From: Paraspadella gotoi | Lineage: Eukaryota > Animalia > Chaetognatha | Assembly: GCA_051294375.1 (NCBI GenBank) | Contig: CM119265.1 | Coordinates: 28,364,260 to 28,428,259 of the forward strand | Direction of reading: 5' to 3' | Length of the DNA: 64,000 nucleotides | Shown: piece by piece, positions 52,754 through 64,000 of the stretch | How positions within the stretch are numbered: position 1 is the first letter of the stretch | Layout of the letters: every line of letters begins with the position of its first letter | The notes under the pieces: generated by a model | Seen by the model: the letters and a program-made list of their open reading frames with translations, nothing else | Database searches by the model: none | What the model was told of the DNA's origin: nothing | Made by a program: the position numbers and the translations under genes

Positions 52754-54291
52754 TCCCCTCCCCAAGACCACCCGATGCATAACGAGGTCACCTACGACAA
52801 ATTCGGAGGCGCTGCTGGCGCAGGTGGCGCCTCTTACGGCGATAGATATGGCGGGGAATTCAACGACGAATTCGGCGGCGCATTTGGCGCCGAATTCGGT
52901 CCGCACGAGGAGGAGGAGGCGGCGGAAGGCGGAGATGAATCGCCGATCGCTAAGGCGTTCATGAAAACTTGGGTGGGTCTTGTATGTCTTGTATTGTTAA
53001 GTATTCGTTTGATAAGATTTCAATTTAGATTGCAATGAAATTCAAGTTGTACGAGACCTTTTGAAGACAAAATAACAAAAAAAAAAGCAATTCAATAAAC
53101 AATACAATACAAATATATATAATTTTGTGCCGTGAAAAAAAACAACTTTTTATGCACATAAAATTCTATATATCTCGTCATCCCAATCAGAACTAACTAA
53201 AGTTGAAAATTGTATTTTATTGCATTTAACAATCATACATTTTCTTCACAGATGGCAGCTCAAAAGATGGAAAATGAATTGAAATCTTTCGAAAAACAAT
53301 TCGAAGTCTTTTTCGATCAGTTGGGAAGAGAATACAATCACCTGGTCGGAGCTTACAGCGGAAGTCAGTTTCTCATTCATTTTCGATGAAAGATCAAACC
53401 TCCTCATTTCTCTCGCCTTTCCCTTTTGTTTAGATTTATTGATTCTGATCGAAGCGACTCCAGCGGAAAACTTGAAAACCTTTTGCGTGGAATTCTTGAA
53501 GTCGACAAAATCTGGGATGGCGGCTTTCAACTCTATCTTCCTCGACTACAGTGAGAGATTGTGATAGATGTGATAGTGATATAGGGTTATGATGATGAGA
53601 TTATTGCGTGAATGGATAATAAATTAAATATAGAGTATTGGTGACTGTACGTTAGAGCGTTCAAAGATAACAAAATATGAGTTAATATGAATTAACCCTC
53701 TTAATTAACCCTCTTAATTAACCCCACCCCACTCTTCCAGACCCCCTCCACCCACTCAAAGAGGGCGACAACCACTCCCTCTACCGGCGAGCCATCTCCA
53801 CCCTCTCCACTTTCGGCGGATCGTTGGAGGAACTTCTGATCAGCTTGGATGAGCTCGTGGTCTATTATGGTCAGGACATGATCGGCGTGGGATTGGCCGA
53901 CGGGGTGCTTAGGTTAGTTCGTTGAGGGTTGTTGTTGTTGTGGACTGTGTAAGTAATAGTTATATACAATTTATACAATTTAATAGTTAATAAGTTAATA
54001 AACTAGACTGTGATTAAAACACTCTGGGGTGCTGCTATGATCCATAGCTGCCATGATCTTTCGGATTAGGTCTTAGGTCTTAGCAAAGGGAGTACACAAT
54101 TAATATTACTACTATTAATATGACTGATTTATCATAATTAAATACGTACTTTTTGATGTTAAATATAAACAATTTTATTTTTCAGCATTGACGGCACAAT
54201 TGCAGAAGTGGAGAAAATGGACGCGAAAGATTTGAAGGTGCTGTTCGTTGCTTTCCTCCAACACATGAGCGAATTGACCAGAGACTCTTGA
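52547..54291 (+). CDS. Uncharacterised secreted helical protein B, ~270 aa; exons 52547-52646, 52767-52972, 53252-53363, 53434-53550, 53741-53912, 54186-54291
   Basis: Signal peptide MSRLFLFACVALLFVVGDA; same intron phases and identical exon 3/4 lengths (112 and 117 nt) as gene A; shared DYNPLHPLKEGD. Confidence 0.85.
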
Positions 54292-54764
54292 TCTTCTTCA
54301 TCATCGCTACAGCAAAGCAAAACTCATTCCAGCCTTTACTTTTTTAAAACGACTGTTTTAATTTGTGTTGTTTATTATGATCCGATGACCACTTTTGACC
54401 CCAAATAAAATTTGGTCTCCTACTTATTTTCCTCGTGTCTATTCTTTTCTTCTGTCATCGTTTTTGAAAAAAAGATATCTATGAAATTGGTACAACCTAT
54501 ATAATTATATTTATAAATATATATTTATAATATATAATATAACTTGTCTTCTTTCTGTCCCAACTGAATTTATTGTTTATTAGATGAATTAAAAGGCATT
54601 AAAACAAATCAAGTCCGTCGTTAATTTACTGAGTAGGAGTTTCACAGATAGAGATCAATAAATACACGGATTTCAAATGGGAGTGAAATGAAAAGATCTG
54701 TGGCTAAATTATTAATTATAGCGACTTCAAATTTCGCTGACGTTTTTTATTTTCNNNNNNNNNN

Positions 54765-56029
54765 GTTCCATCTGCAGCTTGACGGGAGGGGGGTGATTCT
54801 GGGAATATTCCCAGTCAACTAAACACCATCTGGTTGTCTGGGAGATTAAAAAACAAACAATCAAAACACACCACACTTGTTAGACATTAGATAGCGTTCA
54901 ACATTTAGACTATATCTTAGATAGCATGTTTAAGAAAAACAAATTCAAAAAAAATTGCGTTCTATAAAACACTCTCGCCCGCTAAGCTGCCAGGTGTCTC
55001 GTCGGTTTCCCTAGTGACTCAAATTGGGAGATCGAGAATGAGCATCGTTCGTTGGTCGTCCTTTCCCAGACTCGCTTGACTATTTTTTAACTTAACTCTT
55101 TTAAATTTTTTTCCGTCATCCCCCTTGTATTAAAATGTACAATACCCATAATAATAAAAATTATAAAAGAATGAAACGTCTATGGGAATCAAATAGAAGT
55201 AAAAAAAAAAAAAGAATGGTATGGTGGACTAAAATCCACCAACCGTTCATCAGCGGCCATTGGTGCCGGAGTCAAGTCATTCGTCTCCCAACCCGAAGGT
55301 CCCGGGTTCTANNNNNNNNNNTCTCGTCGGTTTCCCTCGTGAATCAAATTGGGAAATCGAGAATGAGCATCGTTCGTTGGTCGTCCTTTCCCAGAAAAAG
55401 AGATGAGATAGTCAATTCGTGACTTTTTTTCCAAAACTCTCTCAAGAAAATAGAAGCACTTCTGAGATCTTATGCCGTGCGGTAAAGATGCTATTCTTTC
55501 TTGCTTTTTTAAGCTTTTTGAATAGGTTTATGTTTTTTTTTTATTTTTTTTAATCATTGGAGATGAATAAAAAACAAAAACTGTTCGTTAAAATTTGAAG
55601 TTTACATTTTTTAAAAATAATTATTTATTCTCCATCTTGTATCGAAACGAAAGAAAGGATCCTATACAAATCTTTTATCTATATTTTTTTAAATTTATAT
55701 ATCTATCTTTATTTCCCCTTTTTCTGTTAAGAAATACATCGGTGTCTTTTAAAAAAAAATTTCATAATATATTTCATTTTTATTTCATTTAGTTTTTATT
55801 CATTATTTATTCTTCGTTTAATTATTATTTATTTATTACTCTATTTATCTATTTTTTACTTCTTACTTTTATTTATTTATCAATTATTTATCTATCTATT
55901 TATCTATTATCCAGAATTAGCCAAACTGATCCAAGCGGCTCCGGCCGATGAGGTCAAGTCATTTGCTGTTTCTGTCTGAAGTCGACGAAGGCTGCGCTCA
56001 AGGATTTCCACGCCATCTATCGGGATTAT

Positions 56030-56060
<31 letters not shown>

Positions 56061-57806
56061 CTCCCGGACGAGCCTCGATATGAGGCTGTTTTTAATTTTT
56101 TTCCTAGTTTTTGCTTAAATATAGTTTACAATATAGTCATACGTTCATATAATCATAACGAAAACAATCGGACGGACATATGACAATGTAAATAGAGAAT
56201 AAATAAACAATTCTGTGTCACTCACTCAATCAATCGAAGAACACTCTCCCATAATGCCCAAACCTCTCTTCTCCTTCTCTAGACCCCTCCACCCTTGAAA
56301 GAGGGCGACACCCCCCGGCGCGGCCCTTCGCCGGGCCGTCTCCACCTCTCTTCGTTCGGGGAGCGATAGAGGAACTTCTCACGAGCGTCGACGAGCTGGT
56401 GGTTTCTACGCGGATCAAGTTATGGGCGGCAACAATGGCGGGCGTCGAGTTCCAGTGAGTGGAAATCAATCCTAATGATTATTCCAATCAATCAACTCAA
56501 TCAATCAAATAGTCAATCCAATCATACTTCATAATCAACAACAAGTCAATCAATCAATCAACAATCAAAATCAATCAACACTCAATCTCAATCAATATCA
56601 ATCAATCAATAATTCTACAATGACATGTTAAAAAAAACAATCAATTCATTTCAATTCACCTAAAAATTTTTCCGCCAATCTAACTAACAAAACTATCAAT
56701 AAAATCATATTTATATAATATTATATATATAATTTTGATTATTTAATCAATCAATCGATCAATCAAAAATAAAAATATCAACAAATCAACGATTATTGAA
56801 TGCACTAAATATATCAATCAATCAACGAGGAAATCAAAAGAGGAATTTAATGAGATAATAAATACAGAAAAAGTATTAAAAACATTACTTCGAAAAATAA
56901 TTATTATATTCTCCTGATCTTTTTGTTTTATTCACAGACTCGACGCAATGATCAATCAATTGAAAGTTTGGACGCCGATTTTCGTCCAAAATTATGGTCT
57001 TGCAAGGCTCTTGCAAACTGAGTAGAGCCGGGACGGACGGACTTACGGAATGGAAGAAACGGGAACGGACAATACGTCTGAAAGACGCATGACGATTGTT
57101 GAGTCCTATGTATGTGAACCGCTCTTTACGTGACCTCTCTCCTGATAATACTCAATTTTTAAAAAAAAATTACTCAAAATAAAATTTAAAAAATTAAACA
57201 TAAAAACTTTTTTTAATTAATTAATTATACCCTGAAAACGATTTCTTGACGGCGACTTTCGGACAAGTGAAAGGACCCTCATATCGTCGTAAATTCGGCC
57301 GGGGAATCAGAAAACGGAAATCAAAAACCAAATCAGATTTAGGGAAAAAAAAAGTTTTTTTTTTGGGTCGAAGTTGACGACTTTCTATCACGTGACCAAT
57401 TGACGGATTCCGCGTCGTTAATCCGATTGACCAAAAAAAAACTAAAAAAACAAACAATTAGAACTTTATTTGTGTTGTGATATAAAGTATTAATCGATTT
57501 TGATTGCAAGGGATTTCCTATTAATATGGTTGTGACAATTAATTTATCCGGGTCTCGAAAGGAATTGGTATTATTAAAGCGTCAATGATTCGAAATATTA
57601 TTTATTTCAATTAAATTTTAGATTATTAAACTAAAAAAAACACAAACGAAAAAAACTCTCAAGATGTCGCGACTGATTCTTTTCGCTTGCGTTGCTCTTC
57701 TTTGTCGTCGTCGGCGACGCGTCGATCTTGAAAGAATTGGCGATGAAATTGAGGCAACACAAGGGATAAGTGAAGAGGGAATGTTCTCTTTTTTGGGTTG
57801 TTGTTA

Positions 57807-57844
<38 letters not shown>

Positions 57845-60184
57845 CTCTCTCCGTCCGTCTTCTCGCTCGTCTCCGTCCTCTCCCTCTCTCTCCCCTATCT
57901 CTCTCGCTCGCGTTCTCAGACTACCCGATCATGGCAACCTCGATTCGTAGCGCTTGCTGGCCAGTCGCTGTTCTACGAGCTTAGATTGGCGGTGAAATTC
58001 AACGATCGAAATTCGTGCGGCGCATTTCGTCGATCTCTGCCGATCGTAGATATGCGCTGCGAAGCTGTAGATGTCCCATTCGAATGGCTGTTGTCAATGA
58101 CGTCCTCATGTCAAGACCCCGATGTCGGCGGAGTAGGGGTCTACTGCATCTATCGCATTCTGCCTGTCCAAGTGGGCTTCAGCAATATAAGCGGATTGCA
58201 CCTATATTGCGGCGAAGTTGCCGCCAATTCCCGACGACGAAGGAGGGCGACGGCGGATGATGCGATCCAATGTCCGTCAAAAGATTGCTTGGGTTAGTGT
58301 TACTAGTCTTCAAGATGTCTTTGTTGTAGCGCATATTGATTATGTAGCGGATGCATCCAGTCGTTTATGATGATCTCGGCTGAGCAGTAGGTGTTCAGTA
58401 GATATTACAAGTGGAGATGGTCGTCGCATTCGAAGGAGTGAGAGCTTTAGTCATGTATCGTATAAGATTTCGATTTACGATAGATTTCAATTATAGATTG
58501 CAATGAAATCAATTGTACGAGACCTTTTGAAGACAAATAACAAAAAAAAAAAAAGCAATTCAATATACAATACAAATATTATATATTTTTGTGCCGTGAA
58601 AAAAAACAACTTTTTATGCACATAAAATTTTATATATCTCGTCATCCCAATCAGAACTAACTAAAGTTGAAAATTGTATTTATTGTATTTAACAATCATA
58701 CATTTTCTTCACAGATGGCAGCTCAAAAGATGGAAAATGAATTGAAATCTTTCGAAAAACAATTCGAAGTCTTTTTCGATCAGTTGGGAAGAGAATACAA
58801 TCACCTGGTCGGAGCTTACAGCGGAAGTCAGTTTCTCATTCATTTTCGATGAAAGATCAAACTCCTCATTTCTCTCGCCTTTCCCTTTTGTTTAGATTTA
58901 TTGATTCTGATCGAAGCGACTCAGCGGAAAACTTGAAAACTTTTTGCGTGGAATTCTTGAAGTCGACAAAATCTGGGATGGCGGCTTTCAACTCTATCTT
59001 CCTCGACTACAGTGAGAGATTGTGATAGATGTGATAGTGATATAGGGTTATGATGATGAAGGTTATTGCGAGAATGGATAATAAATTAAATATAGAGTAT
59101 TGGTGACTGTACGTTAGAGCGTTCAAAGATAACAAAATATGAGTTAATATGAATTAACCCTCTTAATTAACCCTCTTAATTAACCCCACCCACTCTTTCC
59201 AGACCCCCTCCACCCACTCAAAGAGGGCGACAACCACTCCCTCTACCGGCGAGCCATCTCCACCCTCTCCACTTTCGGCGGATCGTTGGAGGAACTTCTG
59301 ATCAGCTTGGATGAGCTCGTGGTCTATTATGGTCAGGACATGATCGCAGCGTGGGATTGGCCGACGGGGTGCTTAGGTTAGTTCGAGGTACGTCTCGTTG
59401 AGGGTTGTTGTTGTTGTGGACTGTGTAAGTAATAGTTATATACAATTTATATACAATTTAATAGTTAATAAGTTAATAAACTATACTGTGATTAAAACCC
59501 TGCGGGGTGCTAGCCACGATCTTTCGGATAAGGTCTTAGGTTTTAGCAAAGGGAGTAATAAATTAATTATTACTAATAATAATATGACTGATTTATCATA
59601 ATTAAATACGTACTTTTTAATGTTAAATATAAACATTTTATTTTTCAGCATTGACGGCAACAATTGCAGAAGTGAAGAAAATGGAGGCGGAAGATTTAAA
59701 GGTGCTGTTCGTTGCTTTCCTCCAACACATGAGCGAATTGACCAGAGACTCTTGATCTTCTTCATCATCGCTACAGCAAAGCAAAACTCATCCAGCCTTT
59801 ACTTTTTTAAAACGACTGCTTTTAATTTGTGTTGTTTATATATGATCCGATGACCACTTTTGACCCCAAATAAAAATTTGGTCTCCTACTTATTTTCCTC
59901 GTCTCTATTCTTTTCTTCTGTCATCGTTTTTGAAAAAAAGATATCTATGAAATTGTACAACCTATATAATATAATAATAATATACTTGTCTTCTTTCTGT
60001 CCCAACTGAATTTATTGTTTATTAATGAATTAAAAGGCATTAAAACAAATCAAGTCCGTCGTTAATTTACTGAGTAGGAGTTTCACAGATAGAGATCAAT
60101 AAATACACGATTTCAAATGGGAGTAAATTGTAACTTAATTATTAATTATAGCGACTTCAAATTTCGCTGACGTTTTTTATTTTC
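54765..60184. other. Redundant, indel-rich copies of 60558-61125 and 50360-54754; probable assembly/haplotype duplicate
   Basis: Next to N gaps; 1-bp indels break the exons; garbled stretch at 57900-58480. Confidence 0.75.
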
Positions 60185-61067
60185 AAACTCCCATTAGTCC
60201 ATCTTGCTTTTTTTCTTGTTATGAGCTGATTAATATACCATGGTTGAATTTCAAAAAAGGACATTTTTTTCCATTTGAATAGTACGTAACTAAAATTGAA
60301 AGAATTATCTTCATTTATCATCTTTTTAACCGCTTAATTATCGTAGAAAGATCCGACATTATTTCTCAAACTTGTTTTCTAAATAAAAGACAATTCAAAA
60401 ATAAATTTACCCGCTTTTTTCTTCGTTATCTCGAACATGGAGGGGTAGCGTCTCTCTGTAATCCTGGCTTCGGGAATGTTCGAGCGAGCATGGGATGCGA
60501 TTCAACGCGAGGCGCGTTCTCGGTATACCAATCACCAGGGAAACCGCCGTTGCACAGTGTTCCATCTGCAGCTTACGTGAGGGGGGTGATTCTGGGAATA
60601 TTCCCAGTCAACTAAACACCATCTGGTTGTCTGGGAGATTAAAAAAACAATCAAAACACACCACACTTGTTAGACATTAGATAGCGTTCAACATTTAGAC
60701 TATATCTTAGATAGCATGTTTAAGAAAAACAAATTCAAAAAAAATTGCGTTCTATAAAACACTCTCGCCCGCTAAGCTGCCAGGTGTCTCGTCGGTTTCC
60801 CTGTGATCTAAATTGGGAATCGAGAATGAGCATCGTTCGTTGGTCGTCCTTTCCCAGACTCGCTTGACTATTTTTTAACTTAACTCTTTTAAATTTTTTT
60901 CCGTCATCCCCCTTGTATTAAAATGTACAATACCCATAATAATAAAAATTATAAAAGAATGAAACGTCTATGGGAATCAAATAGAAANNNNNNNNNNNNN
61001 NNNNNNNNNNNNAAGTAAAAAAAAAAAAGAATGGTATGGTGGACTAAAATCCCCTAACCGTTCATCA

Positions 61068-61245
61068 GCGGCCATTGGTGCCGGAGTCAAGTCGTTCGCC
61101 TCCCAACCCAAAGGTCCCGGGTTCTAGCCCGGTGGTCGCCTAGCAGTTAGGAGCTTAACCCTCCTGTTACACGGTGTTATAGCCTGATCAGAAGCTCAGG
61201 GACTGCTTATCTTGAACGGTTCTGTCGCTAACACATAACAATAAT
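61068..61245 (+). mobile_element. tRNA-derived SINE-like element
   Basis: Head GCGGCCATTGGTG...CTCCCAA...GGTTCTAGCCCGGTGGTCGC with an acceptor-like stem and B box but a poor anticodon stem; unrelated body and A-rich tail. Confidence 0.5.
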
Positions 61246-61602
61246 TACTGTCACTTCAACAGATACATCAGTTATAATAATCTAACATAACCAATTGATC
61301 TTAAGAATTTAGACAAAAAAGGTTACATTCACAAACTTCATTTTTTTCATAGGAAAACTCATTCCTCTCCAATCATGAGAGTTAACATTTTAAACAATAT
61401 TCATAAAAAAAAAACATTTTAACTTTTTCAGATCCAAAATATGATCTAATATGTCACAAATTGAAAATTTTTATGTAACTTTCCCATGATGTGTATAGTT
61501 TTTTTTAAATTCCTACGTCCCATCGCAGAGGAATCGAACCGTAAATGGTCCGAAACGATTTGGATCGAATGACCTTAATCCTCCAGCAACTTCTTCTTTA
61601 GG

Positions 61603-62734
61603 TCAGATCCCGCGATGCCCCTTACGACTGGCCTCTCGTCCCAGGGCATGAATTGCCAAAACCACAACAGCAATATTTTGCTGAAAGCATCAATATCGGA
61701 AATTATACAAATAAAAAAAAAGTATCAAAATCGACGTATCTTCGCTCCATTTTCTCTATAGATGTTAATTATCAATACTGCATTAGATTCAATATCGTAT
61801 CCTCTATACATTCACGTTGCAATATAGCTGTATACCTATCGTTGCATCATTGACGGATCATTGCTGCATTGCATTTCAAATACGTCAACAAACATCCCTT
61901 GCGAATTGATACCCCTCGGCGCACTATCTCCGTACGATCTCCATATCGATACCTTAATGCCACGCTCATACTGCATCATCCCTGCATATAATCGCATAAT
62001 TGCTGTATGATTGCTCTATCATCATACAGACGTGACCCACCGCCTCGTAAAGATCGACTGTTTGAAACAGTTCGCTTTTATCGACGCCGTATTCCTCGCA
62101 GGAGCTCAGGAAGTTGCCGATGTTCTCCATCTCCTTGAAGGCCATCTTGGATTCGTTGATCTTGGGGACCGCGCCGGGATTTAACGCGTTGATCAGGCGG
62201 CAGAGGCGCTGCCCGTCCTTTAACTGCGAGTGAAAGGTGTCCCTCGATCCTAAAGTCAGTCAGATTGATTATTAGTTTTGCCGCGCGTATTCGCGGAGCA
62301 TCTCGGTCGGTCGGACTGTCCCTCCGTCTGCCTAATAGTGGGTCTGTCCAACTTATATTTTAAATGCTTATAACTACGAAAAAAAAACTTCAATCAATTA
62401 ATTTTACTTGTGAAGTCATGCGATCGCCGAATAAGGCGATCATGAGGAAGACTTGTTCCGTTCACAATCACATAATTCATGAGATACTGAATCGTTTTAG
62501 TTTTAACTCGACAGAAAGACTTGTTCCAATAGAGCTTATCAATTTTGTATGGGAACCCTGTAAATAAACATTTAGTGAAATTGTACCACCCAACTTACCG
62601 GAACAATCCAATGTTTCGTCAATGTAACTGGCGATCCATTCCATCGCTTCCTTCGCCAATTGTTGGTCGTATTTTTCCTCTTTTTTCTTTTGTAATTCAG
62701 CGGTGAAACCGAAGCCTTTCGGTCGAGACGCCAT
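61603..62734 (-). CDS. Calponin-homology protein (myophilin/transgelin/MP20-like), 140 aa; exons 62734-62599, 62249-62041, 61680-61603
   Basis: MASRPKGFGFTAELQKK..KYD..LA.EA.EWI; LKDGQRLCRLINAL; MAFKEMENIGNFL; LFQTVDLYE; IHALGREA. Confidence 0.92.
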
Positions 62735-63675
62735 AGTATGTAATACTATGTAATACTATGTATATTAGCTTGTTGGCTAAGTAGTCGAGGAAAGCTTGGC
62801 GTTAAAATAGCGATCCGAAGCAAGCTTTTGATTCTCGCTGGAGGACGTCTTGAATCTTTACCAATTCTCGGCTAAAAAGAGAATTTGTATGACTGGAGAA
62901 AGATAATTAGCAGGTAGGACAATTTCGAAGGAACAAGAAAGGTAATTCCAATGTGTTGCGCCGCAGGTTTTTTTCTGTCTTAAGAAACGAGCAGTCAACT
63001 GTAGGCGAATTATATGCATTTTTAATGTAAGTGGGACAGACCGACAGACAGACATACCGACGGATCAACAGAAAAGTAACTAATAGAGTTGCTCCACGAG
63101 TACTGGCGGCGTAACTAATTAACTTGTCTCTGCAGCTGCGGCTGCTGATGCTGCAGTAGTAAAAACAAAGAAAGAGCTGGAATTACTTGTAGGTATTTAG
63201 GCGGGCCAAAATTGAACACTTTTTATAACTTCTAGTTCTCTCAAAAAAATTCCTTTTTTACTTCTATTACTAAATCGATTTTCAATGCAACTGTTTGAAT
63301 TAGTTCATTGGGTTGTTGCACTGAAGCTTTTAAATATTTATTAATATATAAAAAATGACCAAAATTTTTTTTTAAAAAAAATATTTTTTAAGAACTGATT
63401 CCTATAGAGCTTAAAAAGTTAAATAAAAGTTAGTACTACAATTTTTTACAATTTTGATAATAAATTGGTTAAAAATAGAAAAAAACCTTAAAAAACCATA
63501 ATCATCATCATCATTGGCTGGATTTTATAGTTTTTTAAAATTTTTATCAATAAAACAAAAAGTTGTATTAATAATTGTTGCGGATTTCGGGCCGCAAAAA
63601 AGATCAATCCTACAACTACCCAGTAACTACTTTTTCCTATCAGGAAAAACGTTTTATTAGAGTCAGTATATAAGG

Positions 63676-63907
63676 TGATAGACAAACGCGGGTCTATTAC
63701 CCCTCTCCTTCTCATTCACCTCCTCTTCATCCTCCTCCCAGGGATTCGGGGCCGCGTTCACGAGATTCAGTTCACCTTTCTCTCTTCTCCTACTCGTTTC
63801 TCTCCCTTTTTTTACCCTCATTTTTGTCTTCGTATAGATTTCCCTTCCGTCAATATATTAGTTTCCCTCATTCTCGTCACTTTACTTCCGGTTAGGATAC
63901 CTTTTCA
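63676..63907 (+). mobile_element. Candidate short LTR (TG...CA) preceding a primer-binding site
   Basis: TGATAG...TTTTCA is followed 3 nt later by TGGCGCCCAATGTGGGGC; composition shifts from the AT-rich flank. Confidence 0.45.
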
Positions 63908-63910
63908 GAG

Positions 63911-63981
63911 TGGCGCCCAATGTGGGGCTCGAACCCACGACCCCAGGATTAAGAGTCCTGTGCTCTACCGACTGAGCATCC
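63911..63981 (-). pseudogene. tRNA-Lys(CTT)-derived sequence with encoded CCA and a lost 5' end (extended PBS)
   Basis: Reverse complement GCTCAGTCGGTAGAGCACAGGACTCTTAATCCTGGGGTCGTGGGTTCGAGCCCCACATTGGGCGCCA. Confidence 0.8.
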
Positions 63982-64000
63982 TTTATTTCCAACAGTGAGG

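Noticed and set aside
57770-58297. 175-aa ORF
   Set aside because: Lies in a garbled low-quality version of gene B exon 2
55409-60184. Apparent pseudogene copies of secreted genes A and B
   Set aside because: Near-identical introns, an indel-type error profile and adjacent N gaps point to a redundant haplotype or read
61068-61140. Functional tRNA-Gly(CCC)
   Set aside because: The D arm and anticodon stem pair poorly and no T-run terminator follows; better explained as a SINE head

Overview
AT-rich, intron-containing invertebrate (metazoan) genomic DNA from a draft long-read assembly. It has short N gaps and several indel-riddled duplicate segments that are probably artefacts. I reconstructed seven spliced genes by hand with phase-consistent GT-AG junctions: an XK-related multipass membrane protein, a four-TM MARVEL-like protein, an MRH-domain CD-M6PR/ATG27-like receptor, an ITIH-like VIT+vWA protein, two tandem paralogous secreted helical proteins of unrecognised family, and a calponin-homology (myophilin/transgelin-like) protein. 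The ITIH-like introns host about 24 antisense tRNA-Pro copies (AGG, TGG and CGG), including two tandem arrays. Several minisatellites are built from the exon end plus the splice donor. Also present: a Tc1-type MITE, Helentron/HINE-like repeats, a tRNA-headed SINE, and a candidate short LTR followed by a CCA-bearing antisense tRNA-Lys(CTT) at the right edge.
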